From Eledone cirrhosa (lineage: Eukaryota), in the NCBI GenBank assembly GCA_964016885.1, contig OZ024754.1:1488001-1552000 (forward strand): DNA of 64,000 bases. Direction: 5' to 3'. The notes below the pieces were generated by a model. The model saw only the letters and a program-made list of their open reading frames with translations. It searched no databases and was not told the origin of the DNA. Positions within the stretch are counted from its first letter, which is position 1. Each line of letters begins with the position of its first letter. Shown here one piece after another: positions 50,789 through 64,000 of the stretch. Made by a program: the position numbers and the translations under genes.

Positions 50789-50979
50789 AAGGAATTGTGG
50801 TAAGGAACCAGATGGACCATAACGCACCAGAGTACTCAATAGTTAGGGTAGTAGAGTGGGAAATAGGAAAAAAGTATGACCCCGACGGCAGAGCTCAAGC
50901 CGTTTCGACGGCTATTTCAGTCCAGAAATAGCCGTCGAAACGGCTTGAGCTCTGCCGTCGGGGTCATACTTTTTCCTAT
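50783..50979 (-). mobile_element. Family A fold-back
   Basis: Tail plus hairpin; (TA)n flanks. Confidence 0.9.
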
Positions 50980-52043
50980 ATATATATATATATGTCAGTC
51001 TCTCCCTCTCTCCGTCTATATCTCCCTCTCTCCCTCTCTCCCTCTCTCAGTCTATCTCTCCCTCTCTCCCTCTCTCCCTCTCTGATTTATTAAGTGCACT
51101 GCCTCGACTTCTCCGAACTGTCATATACAGCTGCCAAGGTTCCGAATCAGCAGCCGCCAGACTCTCTAAATGGTGACCATAGCCCCCCCCCCTCTCTCAT
51201 ATACACACACCACCACCGCCACCACTGCCAACAGCACCATCACCACCACCACCACCCTGAAATAATGATTTCATTTCTTCTTCTTCTTCTTCTTCTTCTT
51301 CTTCTTCTTCTTCTTCTTCTTCTTCTCTTCTTCTTCTTCTTCTTCTTCTTCTTCTTCTTCTTCTTCTTCTTCTCCATGCTACACACCCATACACACGTAT
51401 TAAGTCACGTATTTATGAAAAGAATAAAATGAACACAGATCGTAAAGGGTCGTAACTATATGACGCAAAACATGTTGTCTGTCGCTCTACCGACTCTGCT
51501 GCCAACCCATCGTCCTACAAGAATAATAACACGATGAAAATATACAGCCACCACCTGGCTACCTCATCAGCTAGAATAGCAGTCAAATATATTTTAAAGT
51601 AGAATATATTTGGTCAGTTAGGTGTGTACTATTAATGAAAATACGATGTGATGGTCACGTCTGGAACGTCGTTAATAGTAGGACTACGACAACAAGGCTA
51701 AAAGCAGTACAGCTATTACTAAACCCACCGTGACTACTACTACTACTACTACCACTACTACTACTACCACTACTACTACATTGGTATACAGAAGGGGGCC
51801 ATACATACATACTTATTTATAGAGACATATACATATCAGGCATAGAATGCCACACACACGTTAAGATATACATACACACACATATGCAGGCCTACCTGCA
51901 AATACACACACACACAGAGGAATACATATATATACGCACATACACACACAAATACACACACACACACACACACACATCCGAAACACACAGACAGACAGAC
52001 ACACAAACACACACAGACACAGACAGACTGACACATACACACT

Positions 52044-52093
<50 letters not shown>

Positions 52094-52387
52094 CACTGAC
52101 ACACACACACACATACACAAACGGTGACATACATAGAAGCAGACAAAAACACAGATACAGACAGACTAACACACACACATACATACACACACATACATAC
52201 ACATACACACTGACACACACATACACACTAACACACACACACACATAGAAACAGACACACAGATACAAGAAAACCCAACATTTCGCTGAAGGAAGAAATA
52301 TGTTGGCCAAAATAACCAAACCGTTTATTGCAACACAATAACTTTTTTCTCTCCTGTCTGGTTATATCCGAGGAGAGATAAATTGAC

Positions 52388-52451
<64 letters not shown>

Positions 52452-52452
<1 letters not shown>

Positions 52453-52787
52453 TAATAATAATAAATTAAAAGACTAAAATCCAAAGAGGGCTCGATAAGG
52501 ATAAATATATATCAAATATATAAGAACCGTAGAACAAATATTTATTAAAATAACAGATTAAAGTTTAAGCAAAGAATCGCTGCTTTCACCCTTAACGGGA
52601 TCTTCTGAGGATCTTCTGAAACTCAGAGTTTCAGAAGATCCCGTTAAGGGTGAAAGCAGCGATTCTTTGCTTAAACTTTAATCTGTTATTTTAATAAATA
52701 TTTGCTCTACGGTTCTTATATATGTGATATATATTTATCCTTATCGAGCCCTCATTGGATTTTAGTCTCCAAATTTATTATTATTAC
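52452..52787. mobile_element. Family F fold-back, ~160-bp arms
   Basis: Near-perfect palindrome centred at ~52625; 12-bp local duplication in the left arm. Confidence 0.92.
52625..52679 (+). ncRNA. Hammerhead-like fold with variant core CAGAAGA
   Basis: AGAGTTT-CAGAAGA-T CCC gttaa GGG T-GAAA-GCA gcgattctt TGC-TT-AAACTTT. Confidence 0.55.
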
Positions 52788-52807
52788 TATATATATATAT
52801 ATATATA

Positions 52808-52891
<84 letters not shown>

Positions 52892-53399
52892 CATTTTCTG
52901 TCTCAAATAGATGTTAAGAAAATAATAGGTCAATTTTGCTAACAGATTCTGCAGGCTGTTTTATTGCAATATATGCTGCTTCTCAAAAAAGCAGAGTTGG
53001 CACTTTCACGCTCCGGCATACAGAGAGGGTCCTTATAAAAGAATGATCCATGTGATATTAGGGAAGTTATCTCCTTTGTTGAATCTTTAGATGATACAAT
53101 ATGATGATAGAGGTGTCTCTAAATATGATAAATCGGATGTACTGCCTTAATGGCCCTTTAATACACACACACACATAAATACCAACACGCCTTGCTTAAG
53201 TACATTTTGCATAGAGGGATTATATACTATTTGTTTAAGAGATATATAATTTTGTTTTGGTATACCTCAAGAATGTGTATCTTAGAGAGAGTTACTTATC
53301 AAACAATGTAGTTATTTCTTAAGACTCAACGGGGAACATTTCCTCCGCCCCACCCCAAGCTGCCGAAATAAAAATATAATTTTCTAATGGAAACAATCA

Positions 53400-53475
<76 letters not shown>

Positions 53476-53479
53476 TACA

Positions 53480-53560
53480 TACAGGGTGTCCTCCTAAATT
53501 GTACGCACACTTCAACAGCATTCTAATAAATATGTGTATACATTTTTGGGACACCCTGTA
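53480..53560. mobile_element. Tc1/mariner-type MITE, TA target
   Basis: TA-CAGGGTGTCC…GGACACCCTG-TA; same termini as 37118-37217. Confidence 0.75.
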
Positions 53561-53599
53561 TATATATATGGATGTAGGTTTTATGTACGTATGTATGTT

Positions 53600-53635
<36 letters not shown>

Positions 53636-53679
53636 TATATATATAATATATATATATATAATATATATATATATATTAT

Positions 53680-53711
<32 letters not shown>

Positions 53712-53724
53712 ATATATATATATA

Positions 53725-53878
53725 TTTAATATAGAAATGGCTTCTACAGGACTAGAAGTGGTTCATTCGGAGGAAATTTGATGATTTCCTCCGAATGAAA
53801 CAGTTCTAGTCCTGTAGAAGCCATTTCTATATTAAATTACTTTTACTCTGCTATGTATTAAGTACATTACTTACATAC
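53725..53878 (+). mobile_element. Family C fold-back inverted inside the hammerhead core
   Basis: ~53-bp arms around TTGATG; the sense arm starts TGATGA-TTTCCTCCGAAT-GAAA-CAG…CTG-TA; tail matches 27340-27390. Confidence 0.88.
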
Positions 53879-53909
53879 ATATACAGTATACAGTACATAT
53901 ACATATACA

Positions 53910-53948
<39 letters not shown>

Positions 53949-53951
53949 CAG

Positions 53952-53983
<32 letters not shown>

Positions 53984-53985
53984 CA

Positions 53986-54037
<52 letters not shown>

Positions 54038-54046
54038 TATATATAT

Positions 54047-54611
54047 ATAAACGGAAAAAAATGAAACGAAATTCCATTTCCCACTCTTAATACGGCTGTT
54101 ACTTAAATATAAGTATGTACACGTACATACTTATATGTATACAGACGTACAGTAGTATGTATATATATATATACATACATGCACACATATATATATGTAC
54201 ATGTGGATTCATCGAACATTTATTATAATGCTCGGTGTGTTTGTAAACAAACATCCCGTATTAAGCCGTAGTGTCTAGCAACCACCGTTGCTCGTTTGTT
54301 CAACACTGACAAAGGAACGCTGTACTAGTTTCAAGCTTATTAGCTATCGTCAGCAACGTATACCTTCCTGCCAGATTGTTGAACGTCTGAAAGTATATAC
54401 TTTCCTTATGCATATTAACGGCTGAGTAGCCCAATTTGCATATCAAGTGGGTTAATCGGCCGGTTGCACCGAAAACGATAAACGGAAAAAATGAAACGAA
54501 ATTCCATTTCTCACTCTTAGTACGGCTGTTACTTAAATATAAGTATGTATACGTACATACATATATGTATACAGACATACAGTAGTATGTATATATATAT
54601 ATACATACATG

Positions 54612-54620
<9 letters not shown>
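54047..54620 (-). mobile_element. Retrozyme/pLTR-like partial tandem, ~431-bp period (family R)
   Basis: Direct repeats 54047-54190 and 54478-54620 enclose a unique segment with an intact hammerhead. Confidence 0.75.
54317..54359 (-). ncRNA. Type I minimal hammerhead ribozyme, intact
   Basis: ACGTTG-CTGACGA-T AGCT aata AGCT T-GAAA-CTAG-TA-CAGCGT; palindromic stem III ACTAGT; GUA triplet. Confidence 0.85.
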
Positions 54621-54661
<41 letters not shown>

Positions 54662-54701
54662 CATATATATATATACATATATATATATATACATATAAAT
54701 A

Positions 54702-54737
<36 letters not shown>

Positions 54738-54766
54738 CATATATATATAATATATACATATAAATA

Positions 54767-54988
54767 TAGTAATAATAATAAAATTGAAGACTAAAATCCA
54801 AAGAGGGCTCGATAAGGAAAATATATATGAAATATATAAGAACCGTAGAGCAAATATTTATTAAAATAACAGATTAAAGTTTAAGCAAAGAATCGCTGCT
54901 TTCACCCTTAACGGGATCTTAGAAGATCCCGTTAAGGGTGAAAGCAGCGATTCTTTGCTTAAACTTTAATCTGTTATTTTAATAAATA
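54767..54988 (-). mobile_element. Family F asymmetric fold-back
   Basis: Centre GGGATCTT|AGAAGATCCC at ~54920; short arm ~68 bp, long arm ~155 bp. Confidence 0.9.
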
Positions 54989-55057
54989 CATATAAATATA
55001 TATATATATATATCTATTTATCTATTTATCTATTTATCTATAAAACTGTTTATATTG

Positions 55058-55123
55058 TATTTTGTCTGAGGAAGGCATAGCATATTGTTAATATGTTATC
55101 CCTGAAATATATATAATGAAATA
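55058..55123 (+). ncRNA. Type I minimal hammerhead (family B variant)
   Basis: TATTTTGT-CTGAGGA-AGGCATAGCATATT gtt AATATGTTATCCCT-GAAA-TATATA-TA-ATGAAATA; flanks match 39410-39533 but stem II is a different sequence that still pairs. Confidence 0.8.
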
Positions 55124-55308
55124 AATATGGTTTTATAAATATAGTTTCCATTTATTTAATATTGTATATATATACATATATATATATATACATATATACA
55201 TATATATATATATTTATAATTTATATATGTACTCTATTATTTGCGTACTTATGCTGTCGTTGTGGCCGATAAAGCATCATAATTATCCCCGTTATTTGAA
55301 ATAAATAA

Positions 55309-55516
55309 AGGGCGGTGGATTGGCAGTATCGTTAGAGGGTCGGACGCCATGCTTTGACGCATAGAGTTACGGCCCTTTCCAATCTGAGTTCAAATCCCGC
55401 CGAGGTTAACTTTGCCTTTCATCCTTACGGGGGGGGGGGGTCGATAAAATAAAGTACCAGTAATGTACTGGATATAATTGCTGGCCTTGTGCCGCCAAAA
55501 AGTAGAAACAATTATT
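55309..55516 (+). mobile_element. tRNA-derived SINE, full length, 15-bp TSD
   Basis: TTATTTGAAATAAAT at 55292-55306 and 55512-55526; A/B boxes. Confidence 0.92.
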
Positions 55517-55982
55517 TGAAATAAATGGAAAGAAGAAAAAATGTTATTATCTTTAGTATTAGAATAAAGCAAACAATGTTTTCATTATTGTTTTGTAAGA
55601 TTATTAGTGTTGTTATGATTAGTGTTGTTGCGTGGTTGAGAGGTTGGTGACAACCACTCAAGCCCTTCTCAAGTGTGGCACCACTACTGAAACTCAGAAA
55701 TGGATAAAATATCATTTGGAAAGAAAGGTTTGTCTTTAGTTGTTGCTGCTAATGGTGCTGCACCCTTCCTATATATATCTCTTGTAAGCCCCCCACACAC
55801 ACACATACACACACATCACCTCCTCTACTCCCCCCCCCCCCCCCCCCACACACACATTGCCGCCACCGCCGCCATCATCTCTTACTTTAGGTCCCATTCA
55901 AGTTTTTCATAGAAGTACATTCAACTACAGTGTGTCTGTGTGTATATATGTGCTTATGTATATATGTATATATATATTTAAG

Positions 55983-56141
<159 letters not shown>

Positions 56142-56164
56142 GTATATATATATATATATATATA

Positions 56165-56207
<43 letters not shown>

Positions 56208-56230
56208 GTATATATATATATATATATATA

Positions 56231-56275
<45 letters not shown>

Positions 56276-56302
56276 GTATATATATATATATATATATATA
56301 TA

Positions 56303-56379
<77 letters not shown>

Positions 56380-56601
56380 TTCTCTCTCTCTCTCTCTCTC
56401 TCTATGTATATATATATATATATAATACATACAAACATGTATGTAAATATATATATATGTATATACATGTGTGTGTGAAAAAGTAGACAGATGCTGAGAA
56501 AGGAAACAAAGGATGAGTGTAAAGCAATTAAAACTCTTTAAATGTTTACTGCTATGTAAAGTGTATTTGTTTGTGTGTGTATGTGTGCATGTATGTACAT
56601 G

Positions 56602-56647
<46 letters not shown>

Positions 56648-56900
56648 TACGCGGACTTACGTACACCCCCACACATATACCAGTTGCTCTCACCCACTAA
56701 TTGTCTCTCTTAACTGTACACACACATATACATTGTTTATATATATGTATATATATGTATATATGTATATATATGTATATATAATGTATATATGTGTGTA
56801 TATATATATGAATATTATATACATATTATATATATATATATATATATAATGTTTATATGTGTGTATATATATATACATATATGTGGATATTATATACATA

Positions 56901-56944
<44 letters not shown>

Positions 56945-56969
56945 ATGTGTGTGTATATACATAGTGATA

Positions 56970-57173
56970 AGGTGGTGGATTGGCAGTATCGGTAGAGCGT
57001 CGGACAGCATGCGTTCCCTTTACATTCTGATTTCAAATCCCACCGAGGGTAGGTTTTTTTTTTCATCCTTACGGGATCGATAAAATAAAATACCAGTAAT
57101 GCACTGGGGTCGATTTAATCGACTTTCGCCTACCCCACAATTGTTTGCTTTGTGCCTAAATCAGAAACCATTA
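56970..57173 (+). mobile_element. tRNA-derived SINE, variant with an extra GGGGTCGATTTAATCGAC segment
   Basis: Shared head and core, longer 3' region. Confidence 0.82.
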
Positions 57174-57399
57174 GAAGAACTCGTGTCCTTAGTATTAAAA
57201 CGGAAATGACATAAACTGTCTTGAGTTATCTCATCAATTCTTTAAAATAAGTCTATAGGGATTTGACTGATCCTTCTCTTAGTATTTACAGACATGTTCG
57301 TTGTCGTTGTGTCATTGTCACATTCTGACAGGGATAAAAAATATTTATTATTTGTTCTATTCCGACTGGGAAACAGAAGCAGCAATTTACAAACAGTAT

Positions 57400-57930
57400 T
57401 GTAATATTTAATTCATTAAAGCTATTATTTATTGCTGGCACTACTAGTGTATCAATGGCTATAAGTTTGGTTTTAGCATTTTTCATGGATTTATGGATTG
57501 ATGTAATATATCTATGATGCACATTTATATTTACTTCGTTTCTTTTTGTTTTGGTATGTTGACAGCTACTCTTTCTTTAGGTAAGGTCGTTGCTAACAAA
57601 TTTGATGTTGCAAGCCAAAGAATTTTAATTAATTAAAATTGCACGCGTGGCTAGAAAAAAAAATCATTAGTTTAATGATGAATTTTGTTCAAGAAAGGCA
57701 GGGGAGAAAACTCTGGAATTTTAATTAATTAGAATTAATTAAAAATAGTATGTAGACAATGCATTTGGGAGTGAGTCTGATCGTAGGTCAGAAGTTATTC
57801 AAATTTCATAATTCCTGGATTTCTTGTAGTCCACATAACATAATATTATTGTTGTCTTTATCAAGCAAGTCACAGCATATTTAACTAGAATATTTTTGTT
57901 GTTGTCCTAGTTGCTGTTTAACGCAATATT
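57400..57930 (-). pseudogene. Degenerate non-LTR retrotransposon RT relic, R4/Dong-like
   Basis: IILCYVDYKKS and QHTK…IHKSMKNAKTKLIAIDTLVVPAINNSFNELN resemble R4-clade W.DYKKA and LNAKNKI.AINTLAVPV..YSF. Confidence 0.55.
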
Positions 57931-58357
57931 AAGCCAGATTTATTAGGCTTATAAATCAAATAAGTTCCTTTTCCAACCATTTCATCACCATTTCCCACAC
58001 AGACAGCACCATCAGCGAAAATATCTAATATATATTTCTGATGGTGCAAGACATATATAACTGCTATTTCTAGCATTTCAAATGACTACGTAGAAACAGC
58101 CTGGCTGGCTCTAATAGAAACCCTGTTATGGGAGGTAAATATACTCATATTTTATTGACAGTGCGTCTGTGTACAAGAACAGAAACATAAACTTAATAAG
58201 AAAAAATAAGAAAATACAGTCGTGTGGGATTATGAAACAAGGTTGGGAGGGCGTATCTTGGCTGTGTTGGTGGTGGTGGCTGTGTTGTTGTTGGTGGTGG
58301 TGCTGGTGCTGGTGGTGTTTAAGAGTTCAGGATATGGAATAATGGGGATGGTTGAAT

Positions 58358-58556
58358 ATATATATATGTACACAATATGGCGATGGTATGGTTGTATATA
58401 TGTGTACACAATATGCTGATGGTTGTGTATATATGTGTACACAATATGCTGATAGTTGTGTATATATGTGTACACAATATAGTGATGGTTATATATATAT
58501 ATATATATAATGTGTATACAATATGGTGATGATTGTGTATATATGTGTACACAATA
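58358..58556. repeat. ~31-bp minisatellite x6
   Basis: ATATATGTGTACACAATATGCTGATGGTTGT variants. Confidence 0.85.
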
Positions 58557-58747
58557 AGTTTGTGGGGGAAAATAAATGGAAGAAGTGGTGATACTCGGCA
58601 CCATATGTTCTTGATGTCACAGTTAATGTTCTATATGAGCTCTAATTTTCTTAAACGTCTTGCACATATGTTTATATATAAATATATATATATATATAAA
58701 TATATATATATATAATATATATATATATATAAATATATATATATATA

Positions 58748-58781
<34 letters not shown>

Positions 58782-58929
58782 AATATATATATATATAAAT
58801 ATATATATATATGTTCTAGATAAGGATCTATCTACATATTTTGATTTATACTTAAACACTCACAAGCACCCTTATTGAAACAGCCGTATAAATAGTTAAA
58901 CATATATGTGTGTGTGTGTGTGTGTACAG

Positions 58930-59000
<71 letters not shown>

Positions 59001-59550
59001 CATATATGCACTCAATAGATGAACTTGAATTATTTGTACATCAGACGAAAGAATCAGGTCTGCACATTCCAATGTGAATTTCTTTCGAAAGATTTGTTGG
59101 TAAGTACTAAGAGATACATGAGAGTATTTGGTGTTCAAATCTCTCTATTCGTCAGAGACAATCACCTGATCACAGGACCTCAATACATCAAGTAATGATG
59201 ATAACGATGATCAAAGTTTTGACTGTGATTTCATTGTTGCATTCTTTATCTTTCGATTGTTGTTGTGATCAGTTTTTCTTACTGATCAAACGAATGTTTT
59301 CTATATTTGTAGGAGTCCACCTGAGTCTGTGTTTACGTTTGTGTCTGTGTCAGTGTTTTTATCCCGTAAATTAGGGTTCGAAAAAAGGATCTATAAAATC
59401 TGTACTTATTTTTCTAAACAAGTAATGAAAAATAAATACTGGGATTGATGAGATCGACTAAATCAAGGTGGTGTCCTAGCATGCTTTCAGTCTGATCACT
59501 GAAACAAGTAAAATGATAAAATAATACACACATGCAAACACGGACATAAA

Positions 59551-59895
59551 TAGGAGGTTTGGTTGATAGGTTCTTAGGCTGATTATAAAGGAGTGGTGCT
59601 AGAGCTGTGAAAGCTTACAAACTTTAATTTCAACTTTTCTTATTAATAACTGCATTGGTACTTTCCAGGGACTATGTTGAAAAATAAGCCCTATTTCCTC
59701 ATTCCATGAGAGTATCTTGGTCAATCTATGAAGGAGTGATGCTAGAGCTGTGAAATTTTGCATGCATTAATTTCAATTCCTGTTTTTAATAACTAAATTG
59801 TTCCTTCCCAAGGACTATGTTGAATAATAAACCTCATTTGGTCATTCCATGAGAGTGTCTTGGTCAATCTATGAAACTTTCAGTCAACCCTTGTA
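59551..59895 (-). mobile_element. Mariner-type MITE with an internal ~142-bp tandem duplication
   Basis: AAGGAGTG(G/A)TGCTAGAGCTGTGAAA…CTTGGTCAATCTATG twice; decayed TIRs; homolog at 26583-26786. Confidence 0.65.
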
Positions 59896-60159
59896 TGATG
59901 CAGTTAAAAATCCCAGTCAATATTACAGACTTATGAAATAAAACAAGGATATTAAATATAGAACGTCTGAATGTCTGAGATTATATTTTGGTTTTGTGGG
60001 TTTTCGTATCTGTTTTTGAATCTGTCCTGAAATTAAAGGGTTCACAGAATGTCAGGAAGTAACCCAGGTTTTCAGAAAACTATGAAATCATTAGAAAAAA
60101 ATACTTTAAATAACAAACATAAGAATTACAGACACACACTCAAACACACATAATATATA

Positions 60160-61360
<1,201 letters not shown>

Positions 61361-61773
61361 ACATACACGAAAACTCTCTCTTATCCTCATTCGCTTTCTC
61401 ATCCTTTTTCTCTCTTTCGCACACACAAAATAATAAGGGAGCGAAAGTCGATAAAATAACAAATCTTGTGGCATTCTTTATGGAAGCAAAAGAGTATCTT
61501 CATAACTTCAGTTGAAATGATGAAACTAATTCTAGTGGTGGCAAACAAAAACATATGTTGAAAAGTTTTTTAATCCCTGCCCCTCATCTCCCCAAGCCCC
61601 TCCTCATGGCCTTCTATTATAACAGATGGATCATTTAGACATTCTTGGCTGCACCAAGAAAAAAATTGTAATGTTATTCTGTACCATTGGTAAGAACGGT
61701 GATGGCTTATAGTTTATTACCATTTTTAACCTCTGCCTAGATTGTTATTACTGGATGGTGTAGAGTTGTTGTG

Positions 61774-61822
<49 letters not shown>

Positions 61823-61829
61823 GTATGTA

Positions 61830-61990
61830 TAATATAGAAAAGGGCTCGTTTCATTTGGAGGAAAGATTTTCTCCGAATGAAACAGTTCTAGTCCCGTAGA
61901 AGCCATTTCTATATTAAATATTTATATCTCTGCTATGTATTGTAGTACCTTACTTACTGTGGTTTATCCCCGATTGAACCCGGGATAGAC
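61830..61990 (+). mobile_element. Family C fold-back with a partly deleted inverted arm
   Basis: TAATATAGAAA…TTTCATTTGGAGGAAA / TTTTCTCCGAATGAAACAGTTCTAGTCCCGTAGAAGCCATTTCTATATTA plus the family C tail. Confidence 0.82.
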
Positions 61991-62036
61991 ACTCTCTCTC
62001 TCTCTCTAACACACACACACACACATACACATATAT

Positions 62037-62068
<32 letters not shown>

Positions 62069-62641
62069 CTATATATATATTAATGTTGGATTATATATAT
62101 ATAATACACTCTCTCTATATTGCGAGGACATACACACATATTGACAACAATTATAACACTGATCCACCTTCTCTGCCCTTCCCATAACCGTAATTGTCAC
62201 CATCATCATCATCAGCGTTACCACCACCACCACCACCACCACCACTACAAAAAAAAAAACAAATAAAATACCATTCAACAAGGCCAACAACAACAACACC
62301 AATATAAACAATAAATTTTATTTCATTCTAACGAACAATAAAACATAAAAAACAATGTTTACAGTTTTAACATGTTATTACAAACTTATTCCAGCTATGA
62401 CCTCTTTCTTCCTTTCTTCATCTTTCTTCACTCCAGCTTCCTAAAGCTCACTCACCCCACCACGTCTAGTTTAGTCCTCAATCCTCACTTATATAACACT
62501 ACCAGGAACTACTCACAATTACATCGTCTTCACAATCCACCATAGATGTAATAAACATGTTGCTTGAGATACAACAACGCAATACATTTCTATAGTTGAG
62601 AACTGACAGAATTGCTGAAACTTCGGATCAAATTAAATAGG

Positions 62642-62875
62642 ATCTGATCGGCTCCTTGAACTCTAAAGTCAAATTTGGTCATCTGATCGGCTCCTTGAAC
62701 TCTAACGTCAAATTTCTTCATCTGATCGGCTCCTTGAACTCTAAGGTCAAATTTGGTCATCTGATCGGCTCCTTGAACTCTAACGTCAAATTTCTTCATC
62801 TGATCGGCTCCTTGAGCTCTAAGGTCAAATTTTGTCATCTGATCGGTTGCTGAGCTCTAAGGTCAAATGTAGTCT
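62642..62875. repeat. 39-bp minisatellite x6 with A/B alternation (78-bp higher order)
   Basis: ATCTGATCGGCTCCTTGAACTCTAA(A/G)GTCAAATTTGGTC alternates with …CTAACGTCAAATTTCTTC. Confidence 0.92.
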
Positions 62876-63318
62876 TCATACTTTGAGCTTGATAAATAAA
62901 GGACCAGTGCATGAGTGATGGATTGGTAGAATTTAAAAACAACGAACGATGTTGTTTTCGGCATCTAATCCGGTTCAGGGCATTGAGTTCAAATCCTACG
63001 TTATATTGACGGGATTTGCTGTAAACAGATATTACCAACAACGTAAAAAACCCAATGCAGACATATAGTTTGCTTGGTCCTATCTGATGATCGGCTACTT
63101 TACTTTAAGTACTTAACGTTACACCATTTCAAGTGCTGTAGTATGTGGTTTTACTTATGTCTACAATATATGTTTGCACTATCAACTGATCTACGTTGAG
63201 TTATCTCCCGTTGCTTCATGCAAATTGTTTGGATAATTCCAGTAATCAAAGATTTTCAAGAAAGAATATTACAAACATGAGATACTAACGTTCTCCCCTC
63301 GTCTCTCCCTCTCCCCCC

Positions 63319-63466
<148 letters not shown>

Positions 63467-64000
63467 GTGTTTACGATGTTTATGATAAATTTAAAAATTA
63501 AATAATATATTTAAACACGCGAAATAATATGACGAAAAGAAACAGGCAGACCCCCTACAACTACATAGGCCATGACACTAAGGTTACACCATATATAAAC
63601 ATGTGTGTGTGTGTGAGACATGCCTTTTTGTATGTGTACATACATATTTATATATGTGTGTGTGTGTGGGAGAGAGAGAGAGAGATTTCTGTAATAAGTA
63701 AATAGTAAATATTCCATCTTGAGTGGTAACATGAGACCCGCTCATGCTGCGTGTTTTGTGATGTCAAATCACCGCCGCCACCATCGCCCCAACCCCATCA
63801 CCACTATCACTCCACTCCCACCACCACACCACCACCACCACTATCACTCCACTCCCACCATTACCACCACCACTATCACTCCACTCCCACCATCACACTG
63901 CCACCACCACCACCACCACCACCACCACCACCACTATCAGCCCACCACCACCATCACCCCACCACCACCCTTTAACACCACCACCACCCTCTAACACCAC

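Noticed and set aside
59044-59105. Possible small exon ending in GTAAGT
   Set aside because: Weak acceptor, no recognisable peptide and no partner exons
62642-62875. CRISPR-like repeat-spacer pattern
   Set aside because: The variable parts are near-identical alternating variants and not unique spacers

Overview
Very AT-rich, microsatellite-dense animal DNA. The tRNA-derived SINE sequence (…GAGTTCAAATCCCGCCGAGGTTAACTTTGCCTTTCATCC…GTCGATAAAATAAAGTACCAG) looks like an octopus-type SINE, so the source is probably a cephalopod (inference). No intact protein-coding gene is supportable: nearly every ORF in the track is translated (TA)n, (CA)n, (CTA)n or (CAC)n repeat. The main signal is a dense population of short (100-450 bp) elements from several apparently unrelated families inserted between (TA)n tracts. 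Most carry a type I hammerhead ribozyme motif (stem I-CTGANGA-stem II-GAAA-often palindromic stem III-TH-stem I) or its 3' half. Many are head-to-head fold-backs made of a 5'-truncated sense copy plus an inverted partial copy of itself. One is a ~431-bp partial tandem resembling a retrozyme. Degenerate Penelope-like RT and GIY-YIG fragments occur nearby, so the best reading is a Penelope-like-element (PLE)/retrozyme ecosystem that targets (TA)n. The window also holds SINEs with TSDs, Tc1/mariner and piggyBac-like MITEs, an R4/Dong-like LINE relic, a 15-bp satellite and several minisatellites. All folds and alignments were done by eye and coordinates may be off by a few bases.
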